DNA of 64,000 bases from Candidatus Moraniibacteriota bacterium (GCA_052034975.1 JBPOIA010000003.1:49251-113250), one strand, 5' to 3'; shown: positions 39,608 to 50,127, numbered from the stretch's first letter. Notes: generated by a model from the sequence alone, not told the origin. A program made the numbers and translations.

Positions 39608-42055
39608 ATGCCCGCAGAAAAACAGATTGCAACAATCGATCAAGTTCCGAAAAATCCGGAGGCTATTGCGCGTCTCGCCGCAATGCGCGCGGTTGAAGAG
39701 GCCGAAAAACGCCTGCGGGAAAAGTTTCCGCGTCCTGCCGATAAGGAAGCGATATCAGCCGGATCTCCCGCGCCGGATCCGCGGAAATTCCCGGATGTCG
39801 ATGAACGTGGCCTAAGGAGTCCGTATCCGTCGAAAAAAAAAGCGGAGGCGCTTTCTTTGGAAATACAGGAAGCAGTCTCGCGATCGCCGGAAACGTCCGA
39901 AACGGCTTCGGTTTCGAATGATAATCCCGTATCGGAAATCGTTCCGAAAAGCGAAGTGGTTCTCCCGACGGAAGGGGCGCTTTCCACTCGGCGAAGAAAA
40001 GTCCCCAAAAAACCCGCACATTTGCCCGTACCTGACGAATCGGCATCGAAACAAGATGCGGAAATGAAAACGCCTTCGGAAGAAATGGGAAAGAAAGACG
40101 AACAGCCGGTTTCTGAAATGAAACCAAAAAAGGTGCGTCGCCGAAAAACCGCAAAAAATGAGCTACCGCAAGAGACACTGGAAACATACCAGGATGCCGT
40201 TTACACGGATTGGGGGAAGACGCAAAAGGAGCCCTATGTCGAATCATCTGCAGAAACATCGGAAGAGAACCGTCCGGATGCAGAAACGAAACAGCCCGTT
40301 TTGTCTCCGGAAAACCAAGCGATAGCCGAACTCGAGAAAGAGGTGGAGGAGCTCCGATCGGCGTATGTAAAAGAAGACTACGAGACGATGTCCGCATGGA
40401 CTAAATTCCGGAATATCTTTGGCCGAAATATCCGCGAGGACGAAAAGAAACGGGAATATCAAGGGCTGTATGAGAACGCACTTATCCGATTGCAGGAGAA
40501 ACGCCTCGAAACGATCCGGCAGTCGGGAGCGTCCGGCGATGAGCTGAAAAAGGGCTTTGCTGAATTGCTGAAATACACCAAGCTCGACGAGGCGATAGAA
40601 CTGGCTGATGCCAGAACGAAGTATCGTGCCGAGAATCGGAATTTTCCGGAAAAGGTGTTGGATCTTCTCGGTGCGCTTGGCAGGAGCTACAACCGCTTAA
40701 CGATGAAAGAGAAGATAGTGTTCACCGGCCTTATGGCGACTGGAGCGATTGTTTCGACTGCGTCCGGAGGATTTGCCGGTGGCGCTTTGGCCGCGGTCTT
40801 TCTTACGGGGAAACGCGTTACGGGTGGTGTGGCAATGTTTGCCGGCATCGAACTTATACTGGAAGAGCGAGCGAAGAAACGCCGATCGGCAGAAGCGGAA
40901 AAAGCTATCGTGGAGCAGATAGCTGCGTTGCCGGAGGAAGGAAATCTCGACGCTTTGCAGAAGATCCTTCGTACGGATATTGCGTCTCTCGACGGGAAAC
41001 TCCAAGAAGAGAAGCGTGCGAAATTTCATCGCAAGAGCATCGCGTCGGCGGCTGGTGTCGCCGCCGGGTCGAGCAGTTGGCTTCTCAATAACACGTTGGC
41101 AGAAGACGGTATTCGTGAACATATGCAGTCAGCCGTTGAAACGAAAGCGTCTTTGGGAGCTCTCGGGCAGATGGAAATGCCCAATGTGTCAGCGGAACCG
41201 AGCGTAGTGGTGAAATTTCAGGATATTTTGAGTAGTCCGTACGAGGTGCAAAAGGGCGATTCGGTATGGAAGATTCTTTCGGCGCGCGCCGAAGGTTTGG
41301 AGGGTGCCCAAAAAACGCATTTTATAGACGCACTGAAAGATAAAGTAGGTGACGTACAGCTGAAGGCCGGCGAATCATTCGATTTTTCGCAACATCTCAA
41401 ACCGGAAGATATACAGCAGGCGTACGCGGACGCACAGGGATTGTCGGCCGAAAAAGTGGCCAGTATTGCCGCCAACGATGTGAAAATCGCCGAATATATG
41501 AAAGTAAACCCGGGAACGGCTCTGACGAACGAAACGGTTGACCAAATTCTCCAAGGAAAGACAGAAACGGTCGTAAAGGGAGTAGTGCCCGATCTTACCG
41601 CACAAGCAGCCGTGGAAGCCAATGTGCCGCTCGAAGCATTCGGTCCGACCGAAACGGCTTCGCAGGCGAGTGCGGTATCTGTGGAAACGGCGGCGCAGTT
41701 TAAAGGTCGGACAGAGGATTGGTTTATGCAGATATTCCGGGTGGAGAATGCCGGTGTCGGAGAAGACTGGATACTGAATAAAGAAAAGATCAGCGGCGCG
41801 AAATTGATGGATATTATGCGCGACGCCAAACTCTATCAAGAAAACGCCTTGTCGGGGTACAAGACGGGGCTCAATCGAGAACAAGTAAAACATTTTGCCG
41901 AATTTTTTCAGGGAGCGCGCGAAAATATCGGGAATAGTACGGTAACGGAAATGCTTAAGGAAAAGCCGGCGATGACGGTAAAGGAATATCTCGAAAAGAT
42001 CGCACCGCTCGTGAAACAGGGCCAGCGTTTAGGATTATATACGACGACACAGTAA
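39608..42055 (+). CDS. Large hypothetical protein with Gly/Ala-rich hydrophobic hairpin and LysM-like motif
   Basis: 815 aa; low-complexity N-terminus; IVFTGLMATGAIV..GGVAMFAGIELIL; YEVQKGDSVWKI. Confidence 0.72.
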   Translation: MPAEKQIATIDQVPKNPEAIARLAAMRAVEEAEKRLREKFPRPADKEAISAGSPAPDPRKFPDVDERGLRSPYPSKKKAEALSLEIQEAVSRSPETSETASVSNDNPVSEIVPKSEVVLPTEGALSTRRRKVPKKPAHLPVPDESASKQDAEMKTPSEEMGKKDEQPVSEMKPKKVRRRKTAKNELPQETLETYQDAVYTDWGKTQKEPYVESSAETSEENRPDAETKQPVLSPENQAIAELEKEVEELRSAYVKEDYETMSAWTKFRNIFGRNIREDEKKREYQGLYENALIRLQEKRLETIRQSGASGDELKKGFAELLKYTKLDEAIELADARTKYRAENRNFPEKVLDLLGALGRSYNRLTMKEKIVFTGLMATGAIVSTASGGFAGGALAAVFLTGKRVTGGVAMFAGIELILEERAKKRRSAEAEKAIVEQIAALPEEGNLDALQKILRTDIASLDGKLQEEKRAKFHRKSIASAAGVAAGSSSWLLNNTLAEDGIREHMQSAVETKASLGALGQMEMPNVSAEPSVVVKFQDILSSPYEVQKGDSVWKILSARAEGLEGAQKTHFIDALKDKVGDVQLKAGESFDFSQHLKPEDIQQAYADAQGLSAEKVASIAANDVKIAEYMKVNPGTALTNETVDQILQGKTETVVKGVVPDLTAQAAVEANVPLEAFGPTETASQASAVSVETAAQFKGRTEDWFMQIFRVENAGVGEDWILNKEKISGAKLMDIMRDAKLYQENALSGYKTGLNREQVKHFAEFFQGARENIGNSTVTEMLKEKPAMTVKEYLEKIAPLVKQGQRLGLYTTTQ

Positions 42056-42079
42056 GCTTATTCTAAAGAGAAAAATAAT

Positions 42080-42385
42080 ATGTCGCTCGATCAGGAAGCC
42101 TTGAAAAGAAATCTCATCGAAACATTCCGCCTGGAAGGTATCGCACCAGAAAAGCAGGAAGCACTTTTGTCCAAGATGGGCGAAGCGCTGCTCCGGCGCA
42201 TATTCCTCGTGACGATGGAGAGGATCGGCGATGATGGCGTCAAGGAATACGAAACACTTCTTGATCGTGGGGCCAATCAGACGGAAATCGAAGCGTTTTT
42301 CGAAAAGAGGATCCCGGGGTACAATGTGTTCGTGGAAGACGCGGTCAAGGAATTCAAGGAGGAAATAGAGAAGGGTCTCGTATAA
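42080..42385 (+). CDS. Small helical protein (DUF5663-like)
   Basis: Pattern LEGIAPEKQEALLSKMGEALL..F..RIP resembling a CPR-common family (from recall). Confidence 0.65.
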   Translation: MSLDQEALKRNLIETFRLEGIAPEKQEALLSKMGEALLRRIFLVTMERIGDDGVKEYETLLDRGANQTEIEAFFEKRIPGYNVFVEDAVKEFKEEIEKGLV

Positions 42386-42396
42386 GAAATAATTGT

Positions 42397-42807
42397 ATGA
42401 CTGAAGAATCAATCGAGATGTTGCCAAAACGGAAGACCGAATCCGTCGTAGCAGGAGGGGAATATTCCGAACAAGAAGAAACGGCTGGTCAAAGGGAGCA
42501 GAAAGAGACCAAAAACGAAAAGGCAGAGGAAAAATATAACGAGATTCTCTCGAAGGTTTCTGTTTCGTCGCAGACCATATCGACGGACGATACCATCCGT
42601 ACGGATGCGAAAAGCATCGGAGAGCTTACCGATGAAGAGGGAAAAGTACAGAAACTCCTCGATTTGGCGGCTGCGAAAGGCGTATTGCACGCGGTGCGCG
42701 TTGCCCGTTCGCTCGGAGATTACTATGCGCTTGACCGGATGCACGATGATCTGGCGGATAAGCTGTATGACGGTCTGGTGGCACGCGGACTTCTCGAGAA
42801 AGAATAG
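42397..42807 (+). CDS. Hypothetical protein
   Basis: 136 aa; C-terminal KGVLHAV..YALDRMHD. Confidence 0.7.
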   Translation: MTEESIEMLPKRKTESVVAGGEYSEQEETAGQREQKETKNEKAEEKYNEILSKVSVSSQTISTDDTIRTDAKSIGELTDEEGKVQKLLDLAAAKGVLHAVRVARSLGDYYALDRMHDDLADKLYDGLVARGLLEKE

Positions 42808-42818
42808 CGTCAGAGAAT

Positions 42819-45308
42819 ATGGAGGGATTTAATCTCAATCTTATTTTTGTTCCGCTTGCGTGGGTGGCCGGTTTGGCGGCGCTTGGAAGCGGAGCCTTTT
42901 TGGTTGTCAGGAGTTTTTTGCGTTTTCGCTACCAGGTAAATCAGTCGCTCAATATGGATCTCGAAGTGATCCAGGTGACGAAAAAGCGTCCAGGGGATAC
43001 TACTCAGGGAGCGGCTTCCGCCGAAGCGTGGAAGGATGAAATTCTGGCGATGGAGCAACTCCTCTCTTCGCTTGCGAACATCAAGCCGAAAAGCGCGTTG
43101 CTTCGAAGTATCTTTCTTGAGCCACCAGGAGTCGTTTTCGAGATTGCCAATCCTTCATCGAGCGAAGAGATCTCATTCTATCTTTCGGTGCCGAAACGGT
43201 ATCGCGAAAGCGTGGAGAAGCAGGTGCACAGTTTCTTTCCGCATGCGGTCATCGAAAAAGTGTCGGACTACACTGTTTTTTCGCCGGAAAGCTTCGTAGC
43301 GGTGTCGACACTCGAATTGAAGGAGAGCTATGCTTTACCGCTCAAAACCTATCGCGGTCTCGGTGTCGATCCGCTCAATGAGATTACGAACGCATTGAGT
43401 AAACTTCAAACGAGGGAAGAGGGGGCAGCCGTCCAGATTCTCCTTTCGCGCGCCAAAGAGGGTTGGCGAACACACGGAAAAGCGATCGCGCGAAAAATGC
43501 AGGAGGGAGTACGGCTTAAAGACGCTCACCATCGTTCAGCGGTCGGCGCGTTTGGCGCGGATCTAGGAAAGAATATGCTCGGGGCATTGGCTGGGAAAAA
43601 GCCGGAGCGGTTTGCGGAAGACAAAAAACCGGTAGCGCTGACGCCGGAAGAGCAAGAAGTACTGAAAGCGATCGATGCGAAAGCGGGAAAAACGGCATTT
43701 TCTGCCAATATTCGTCTAGTTGCATCGGCGGCGAGTCAGGCACGGGCGGAAGAAATCTTGGCTCATATGGAAAACGCATTCGGACAGTTCGAGAATCCGG
43801 ACGTCAATACATTTCGCGTCAAGAAGCGTATGAAGACTCGGCAGGCGGTCTACGATTACATTTTTCGGAATTTCGATGACGAGAGCGCGATGATCCTAAA
43901 CGTGGAAGAATTGGCCGGAGTGTTCCATTTTCCCATCTCGACGACTGAGACGCCGAAGATCAAATGGTTGAAAGCTGGAGCCGCTCCGCCGCCGGTGAAT
44001 ATCCCAGAGGAAGGAATCCTTCTTGGATACAATGATTATCGCGGCGTCAAGACGGATATTCGGATCACAGAGAACGACCGTCGCCGTCATATGTATGTCA
44101 TCGGGCAGACCGGCGTTGGGAAGTCGAATTATTTGCAGGAAATGGCGAAAAAAGATGCCCGGGATGGCCGAGGATTCTGTTTCATCGATCCGCACGGCGA
44201 TGCCATTGAAGATATCTTGACGGCTGTTCCGAAGGAGCGTGCGGACGACGTGATCGTGTTCGATCCGGCCGATATCGTCCGGCCCATCGGTATCAATATG
44301 CTCGAATTCGATCCGGCACACCCAGAACAAAAGACATTCGTCATCAATGAGATGATCGGTATTTTCGACCAGCTCTATGATTTGAAGGCGACCGGCGGAC
44401 CGATGTTCGAACAGTATATGCGCAACGCGATGCTGCTTATTATGGAGGATCCCGAAAGCGGCTCGACACTTCTTGAGATTTCCAAAGTGCTCGCCGATGA
44501 GGAATTCCGCCGCTACAAGCTTTCCAAGTGCACGAACCCGATTGTGCGGGATTTCTGGCTGAAAGAGGCAGAAAAGGCCGGTGGCGAGGCGGCGCTCGCT
44601 AATATGGTGCCGTATATCACCTCCAAGCTCACTACGTTCATCTCGAACGATATGATGCGTCCGATCATTGCCCAGCAGAAAAGCTCGATCAATTTCCGCG
44701 AGATTATGGATCAGGGAAAGATCATCCTCATCAATCTTTCCAAGGGGAAGATTGGCGAGATAAACGCCAAGCTTCTCGGTATGGTGGTGGTAGGAAAGAT
44801 CCTGATGGCGGCGCTTTCGCGTGTTGATATGCCGGAGAACGACCGCCGCGATTTTTATCTGTATCTTGATGAGTTCCAAAATGTGACGACCAACTCCATC
44901 GCGCAGATACTTTCTGAAGCACGCAAGTACCGACTCGTACTCGTTTTAGCGCACCAGTTTATCGGTCAGTTGAAAGAGGAGATTTCCAAGGCGGTTTTCG
45001 GGAATGTCGGATCACTCTGTGTGTTCCGGGTCGGTCCGGAGGACGCGGAATTTCTGGAAAAGCAATTTGCTCCGGTATTTACGGCCAATGATATCGTGAA
45101 TGTCGATAACTATCATCTTTTTGCGCGCTTCCTGATGAACAACGAGTTGACGAAACCGTTCAGTATGAAGACCTATCCGCCGACTACGGGCGATCAGGAA
45201 ATTGCGAACGCTCTCAAAGAGCTCTCGCGATTGCGTTATGGTCGTGATGCCGCGATCGTGAACCGTGAAATTATGGAACGTATCCGTTTGTCGGAGAAGA
45301 AAGGATGA
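42819..45308 (+). CDS. VirD4/TraG/TrwB-like (FtsK-HerA superfamily) membrane ATPase
   Basis: N-terminal TM; RRRHMYVIGQTGVGKS (Walker A), IDPHGD, LYLDEFQN (Walker B), SEARKY, AHQ. Confidence 0.88.
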   Translation: MEGFNLNLIFVPLAWVAGLAALGSGAFLVVRSFLRFRYQVNQSLNMDLEVIQVTKKRPGDTTQGAASAEAWKDEILAMEQLLSSLANIKPKSALLRSIFLEPPGVVFEIANPSSSEEISFYLSVPKRYRESVEKQVHSFFPHAVIEKVSDYTVFSPESFVAVSTLELKESYALPLKTYRGLGVDPLNEITNALSKLQTREEGAAVQILLSRAKEGWRTHGKAIARKMQEGVRLKDAHHRSAVGAFGADLGKNMLGALAGKKPERFAEDKKPVALTPEEQEVLKAIDAKAGKTAFSANIRLVASAASQARAEEILAHMENAFGQFENPDVNTFRVKKRMKTRQAVYDYIFRNFDDESAMILNVEELAGVFHFPISTTETPKIKWLKAGAAPPPVNIPEEGILLGYNDYRGVKTDIRITENDRRRHMYVIGQTGVGKSNYLQEMAKKDARDGRGFCFIDPHGDAIEDILTAVPKERADDVIVFDPADIVRPIGINMLEFDPAHPEQKTFVINEMIGIFDQLYDLKATGGPMFEQYMRNAMLLIMEDPESGSTLLEISKVLADEEFRRYKLSKCTNPIVRDFWLKEAEKAGGEAALANMVPYITSKLTTFISNDMMRPIIAQQKSSINFREIMDQGKIILINLSKGKIGEINAKLLGMVVVGKILMAALSRVDMPENDRRDFYLYLDEFQNVTTNSIAQILSEARKYRLVLVLAHQFIGQLKEEISKAVFGNVGSLCVFRVGPEDAEFLEKQFAPVFTANDIVNVDNYHLFARFLMNNELTKPFSMKTYPPTTGDQEIANALKELSRLRYGRDAAIVNREIMERIRLSEKKG

Positions 45309-45332
45309 ATCTTTTTCGTCCCGATCGTTTTT

Positions 45333-47789
45333 TTAGGATCCGTTCGTGGTACGGAAAGAAAGGACCGTTTCTGGCGTCAGGACGAAGACTTCGCCAGTTT
45401 TTTCGTTTATAGAAACAGCGAGACCGCTGCCGAACCGTTCCGAGAAGTATTGTGAGAGTATCGTTCCATCCTGGTTCCAGACCACGACACGCTTGTTTTC
45501 TGGATCGAGCACAGAGATGTGTCCGAGTGCTGACTGGACAGAGAGAGATCGTACCTGGAGCGGTGCTGTCGGGGATTCAAGCGTTCCGGTTTCCCGTCCG
45601 CGCGAGAATATCCGCACAGAAGACCGGTCGGTCGAAAGAAAGATGTTTTCGCTGACAGCGAAAGAAGCGGTATCGTCGAGGGAGAGAGAATTTTTTAGCC
45701 AGATGGTTGGCGCTCCAAATCCGCCTTCGGCGCGGGGAAAGCGGTAAATCTGATCGTTTTCGCTGTCGAGGACGTAGAGGTAGGTGAGATAGGTTCCGAT
45801 TGAGCGGATACGGGAATTTTCCGGTAGAGAGAGGTCGTTTCTGACGAATGTCTTGCTAAGAGGGCTCCATGCGAAGAGTCCTCCATCTTCGGTGACGATG
45901 AAGATGAGACGAAGATCCTCCATCGCTGCGGCGAGCAGGGCACGGCGATTATCCGGCAGAGCATAGCGTTTTCCTTCTCTCGGGAAGAAAATGTTTCCGG
46001 AAGAGATAAGGAAGAGATCGTTGTTGAGGATGACGGAAGCCAAGAGGGGTTCGTCTGCGGAGAAAAATTCGGTTATTTCTCCTGTATGTCGGGCATTCTT
46101 CTCGTTTTCGATCGAAAGCGTGGTGACGGCGGGCGATTCTTCCTGTGGTGTTATTGTCGTTTCGTTTTCGGTGATGGAATCGTTCTTAACGAACAAGAAG
46201 AAGAGACCGCTGCAGATGATGAAGAGTCCGATGATGCCGCCGAGGACGATTCTTTTTGAGAGCGGTTCAAGCCGTCCATAGAAGGCGAGGCATCCGTGAC
46301 CGATGGTGCCGACGCTTCTGAGAACGAATCTTGTCCATCGCAAGAGGAAATCACCGGTATGCTTCAGGCCAAAGAGGAATGTCTCGTATGATGAGCGGAG
46401 CGTTTCCGTGAGGGCTTGTCGTGGCGCCGTTGCCGATATTTCGGTTTCCATCGGTTGTTTTGGTGTATTCTTTCGATAAAAAGCTGCCAACCTTTCTTTC
46501 AGGAAAGGAGGAATATCTTCGTTGTCCGGCTGATGATTCGCTTCCGAAGATGCCGAAAAAGCCGGAGATTCAGAAAAAGATTCCTGTCGCAAAGAACCCG
46601 TATGATTTTCTTGTGGCGAAAACGGTCGGATATCAGTCTTTTTTTTCTGGGAGACGCGGTTCTTCCATTGATGACGCAGAGAACGTGCGATAGTCCTGGC
46701 GGCGGACCTGGCTTCTCCGGAAAGGCTTTGCAGCGAAATCGCGCTTTGTTTCCGTGCCTTGCGCAGCCACTTTTTCTGGTTATTGAGGATTCTGCCGGCG
46801 GAAGAAGCCATATCTTGCAGAAGGAGGGACGCGCGTTCCAAAAAAGGATGCGATGCCGGTTCCCCAGGCGTATCTCCTTGGACATAAATATGTCCCGTTT
46901 TGGAATCAACGTATTCGATCGTCTTTTCTGTTGGAAGAGCGGCGGAAGACGGGAGTAAGTGGGCGGTTTCTTTTGGGATGGCCGGTTTGAACGCGGCCTT
47001 GCTGAAAACGTTTTCGATGGCGGAATCGGTCTTCTCAGTTTCTTTTTTTCGGTGAGGTTTTGGAAGAGGGGAAAGTGGTTTTTCAGAGAGATCGACGACG
47101 ATGACTCCCGCCATATCGAGCTCATTTACGATGGCGGTTCTCAGGAATTGCCGAAAACGTTCAGTATCATCCATACGGAGCGCGTTCTTGCGTAGGTCTT
47201 CGGGTGAGAAGAGTCGGAAGATCTCCGGAGAAGCAAGGATGACCTTGTCGTCAGGCAGCAGGCGTCCGCTTGAGATTTCGACGAAGGTCTTGAGCGGATG
47301 AGCGGAAGACTCTTCGGAAGCGAGGCCTTCGGCGATGTCGGAGAGACCCTCGTTTCGCAGCAAGAGAATCTTTCCTTCGCCGGCCGCGGAGAAATGGAAA
47401 TTATTTTTTTCGAACACGCCGATAACGCCATGAAACTTTCCAAGCCAGGCGACGTTGCCATGCTTCACGAGCTCAGCGAGCGCGAGGTTTATTTTGTGGA
47501 GCGCCCCTTCGAAGCTTTCCACGGCGCCGCGTCTCGGATTGATGAAATACTCCTTTTTCGCGACAGAAGCGAGGAAGTTTACGATATAAGCGGAATCTTC
47601 GCTTCGTTCGGAGATCTCAAATACGCCGACGAGCGTTCCGAGGCCGGCTGCCGTGACATTCTCTCCGTTTTGGCGGAATGTCTTGATGTATGGCTCGAAC
47701 GAACGTCCGTTTGCTGCAAGGATTTCAGACACAGAAATTTCGAGCTCAGGAAGCGGTTTGGTTTTTTCCGGGTATCTTTTTTCTGGCAT
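45333..47789 (-). CDS. Membrane protein: PP2C-like N-domain, linker, TM, beta-propeller-like C-domain
   Basis: N-terminal alpha/beta region (GEGKILLLRN, SGRL..DKVIL); single TM; YLYVLD..NDQIYRF blades. Confidence 0.65.
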   Translation of the reverse strand: MPEKRYPEKTKPLPELEISVSEILAANGRSFEPYIKTFRQNGENVTAAGLGTLVGVFEISERSEDSAYIVNFLASVAKKEYFINPRRGAVESFEGALHKINLALAELVKHGNVAWLGKFHGVIGVFEKNNFHFSAAGEGKILLLRNEGLSDIAEGLASEESSAHPLKTFVEISSGRLLPDDKVILASPEIFRLFSPEDLRKNALRMDDTERFRQFLRTAIVNELDMAGVIVVDLSEKPLSPLPKPHRKKETEKTDSAIENVFSKAAFKPAIPKETAHLLPSSAALPTEKTIEYVDSKTGHIYVQGDTPGEPASHPFLERASLLLQDMASSAGRILNNQKKWLRKARKQSAISLQSLSGEARSAARTIARSLRHQWKNRVSQKKKTDIRPFSPQENHTGSLRQESFSESPAFSASSEANHQPDNEDIPPFLKERLAAFYRKNTPKQPMETEISATAPRQALTETLRSSYETFLFGLKHTGDFLLRWTRFVLRSVGTIGHGCLAFYGRLEPLSKRIVLGGIIGLFIICSGLFFLFVKNDSITENETTITPQEESPAVTTLSIENEKNARHTGEITEFFSADEPLLASVILNNDLFLISSGNIFFPREGKRYALPDNRRALLAAAMEDLRLIFIVTEDGGLFAWSPLSKTFVRNDLSLPENSRIRSIGTYLTYLYVLDSENDQIYRFPRAEGGFGAPTIWLKNSLSLDDTASFAVSENIFLSTDRSSVRIFSRGRETGTLESPTAPLQVRSLSVQSALGHISVLDPENKRVVVWNQDGTILSQYFSERFGSGLAVSINEKTGEVFVLTPETVLSFRTTNGS

Positions 47790-47952
47790 AGGTTCCTTTC
47801 AGTATAGCACATAAATGTCTTATTCAAGAGCTTTTTCCGTGATTTTCCGACTATTATCGTTATGAATGCGGGTTTTGACTTTTTCTCAGCCTTTTCCTAT
47901 ACTGCTTAATGAACCGTATCGCTGATATATTTAGGTATCGTCTGAAAACGTT

Positions 47953-48558
47953 ATGTCGCTTGCTCTCTTTGACTCGCTGTTCGGATCGAAAACACGTGCC
48001 CGGCTCATCCGTTTCTTTCTTCTGAATCCCGGAATCGAATTCAGCGCCTCGACGGTTGCTGAAAAAACGCTGGTTCCGAAAACGGAGGCGGCACGTGAGA
48101 TTATCCGTCTGGCAAAGATAAAACTCATCATCGAACACTCCCGTAAAGGCCGGAAGCATTTCAGCGTCAACGAAGAATTCCCGTTCTATACGGAACTGAA
48201 AAGCCTTGTTTCGAAGCTGAATGTTCACGCACAATCGCAAGTGTTCCGTAAACTGAAAACCGTCGGAGAAGTAAAACTCATACTCATCAGCGGACTTTTT
48301 CTGAATTATCCGAAAAGCAAGGTGGATATGATTCTCGTGGTGAACAACGTGAATCGCACGAAGTTGCGGCACGTCGTTACTTCTCTTGAAGCCGAAGTCG
48401 GCAAAGAGATCCGTTTCGTCTTGATGAACAATGAGGAGCTGCATTACCGACTGAATATGCTTGACAGATTCTTTATCGAATTCTTGGAAGGTCCGTATGA
48501 AGAAGTGACAAATAAAGTGCCGGAGCTCAAGCGATTTATCGCAGGACTCAAAAAATAA
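47953..48558 (+). CDS. wHTH plus nucleotidyltransferase-like protein
   Basis: LFGSKTRARLI..FLLNP; ISGLF..KVDMILV. Confidence 0.65.
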   Translation: MSLALFDSLFGSKTRARLIRFFLLNPGIEFSASTVAEKTLVPKTEAAREIIRLAKIKLIIEHSRKGRKHFSVNEEFPFYTELKSLVSKLNVHAQSQVFRKLKTVGEVKLILISGLFLNYPKSKVDMILVVNNVNRTKLRHVVTSLEAEVGKEIRFVLMNNEELHYRLNMLDRFFIEFLEGPYEEVTNKVPELKRFIAGLKK

Positions 48559-48586
48559 CGTTTTTTCAAAAAAGAGGCACACCTGT

Positions 48587-49684
48587 ATGTTTTTGTGGGT
48601 ATCCATCGGAATTATCCTTGTCGCGGCTGGCCTTGCAGTATGGCTGGCTCTTTTTTTGCGCGGCCGCTTTGGGATGAAAACGGCGGATCAGGAAGAGTTG
48701 AAGCAGCAGATAGAATCGTTCGATCGGCGTTCTGAAGAGCGCTTGCATTTAGTCGTGAATGCGCTCAATCAGCAACTTTCCAGTTTTCAGCACACACTCG
48801 ATCGACGTCTTGACGACACAGGAAAGCGACTGGATGAACGATTGGACGGCGCGGCGCGATCGTATGCGGATGTCCAAAAGAGCCTCGAGCAGATGAAACA
48901 TTCAAGCGAAAAGATCCTTGAGGTCGGTCGCGAGGTCGCGTCGTTGCAGGAGATCTTGAAGGCTCCGAAGATCCGGGGAGGTTTTGGTGAATTGATGCTC
49001 AAAGACCTGCTTTCCCAAATGCTGCCGAAAGAGCATTTCGCTTTGCAACATCCGTTCAAGAGCGGCGAAGTCGTGGATGCGCTCGTGCTCTTGAAGGGGG
49101 GTTCGGTGAGTGTCGATTCGAAATTCCCACTGGAAAACTTTAAGCGGGTACTGGCGGCCGGAACGGATGATGATCGTCGTGTCGCACGCCGGCAGTTCTA
49201 TGCGGATGTCCGAAAGCATGTCGATGCGATTGCGGCAAAATATATTGTTCCGGAAGAGGGAACGCTCGATTTCGCGCTGATGTATATTCCGGCCGAAAAT
49301 GTATATTATGAAATCATCATTAAGGATGATGACGATCAGGGCCTGCTCGAGTATTTGGCGCGCAAACGCGTGATGCCGGTGTCGCCAAATTCGTTTTACG
49401 CGTATATGCGGACGATTCTGTTCGGTTTGCAGGGGCTTCAGATTGAACGTCGGGCCAAGGAAATTATGGGACAGCTTGAAAAACTGGCACGGGAACACGA
49501 GAAATTCGAGCAGGAATTCGAGACACTTGGTGGCCATATCGGAAACGCGAGGAAGAAGTATGAGGATGCCGAGAAGCGTTTACGTCGGGTGAACGATCAA
49601 ATGGAACATACCCGGATCGGATCAGAAAAGGCGGCGGCTGCCCTGGAGGCGTCTTCAGGGGATCGGCAGGAAGGAAACGAATGA
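48587..49684 (+). CDS. rmuC: DNA recombination protein RmuC
   Basis: TM plus coiled coil, RGGFGE, VDSKFPL, DFALMYIPAENVY, VSP. Confidence 0.92.
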   Translation: MFLWVSIGIILVAAGLAVWLALFLRGRFGMKTADQEELKQQIESFDRRSEERLHLVVNALNQQLSSFQHTLDRRLDDTGKRLDERLDGAARSYADVQKSLEQMKHSSEKILEVGREVASLQEILKAPKIRGGFGELMLKDLLSQMLPKEHFALQHPFKSGEVVDALVLLKGGSVSVDSKFPLENFKRVLAAGTDDDRRVARRQFYADVRKHVDAIAAKYIVPEEGTLDFALMYIPAENVYYEIIIKDDDDQGLLEYLARKRVMPVSPNSFYAYMRTILFGLQGLQIERRAKEIMGQLEKLAREHEKFEQEFETLGGHIGNARKKYEDAEKRLRRVNDQMEHTRIGSEKAAAALEASSGDRQEGNE

Positions 49685-50106
49685 AGTGGAAACATATGGA
49701 ACATTTTTCCCTCACAACGAATCAAACCGAATGGGAGAGTGATATCGCCGAATCCGGACAGGGGACCGGATTTTTTTGCAATACGATCGTTCGCACACTC
49801 TGCTTATTCGCGGCCGGGATGCTCATTTTAAGCGTGGCGCTCCTGGCTTTTTTCATTCGGCCAACGGAAGCCCTCCTGGTACTCCACTATAATGTCTATT
49901 TCGGAGTGGATCTATTGGGTGCGTGGTGGCAGGCATATATTTTGCCGATGCTCGGCGCAGGGTTTTTTAGTGGACACCTTCTATTAGCCAGTTCCTTCTA
50001 TGGGAGATCCGAACGGATCGCGGCATATCTTTTATTACTCTCGGCCGGTTTGTTGAATTTTGGCATTCTTATTGCCTGCATCGGTACGGTATTTATCAAT
50101 TATTAA
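49681..50106 (+). CDS. Small membrane protein (DUF1648-like)
   Basis: Three TMs; LHYNVYFGVD. Confidence 0.65.
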   Translation: MKWKHMEHFSLTTNQTEWESDIAESGQGTGFFCNTIVRTLCLFAAGMLILSVALLAFFIRPTEALLVLHYNVYFGVDLLGAWWQAYILPMLGAGFFSGHLLLASSFYGRSERIAAYLLLLSAGLLNFGILIACIGTVFINY

Positions 50107-50127
50107 AGCCATACGGATTTCTGCGGT

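Noticed and set aside
42819-45308. Conjugative element (ICE)
   Set aside because: No relaxase, VirB4, integrase or att sites, and composition matches the host genes
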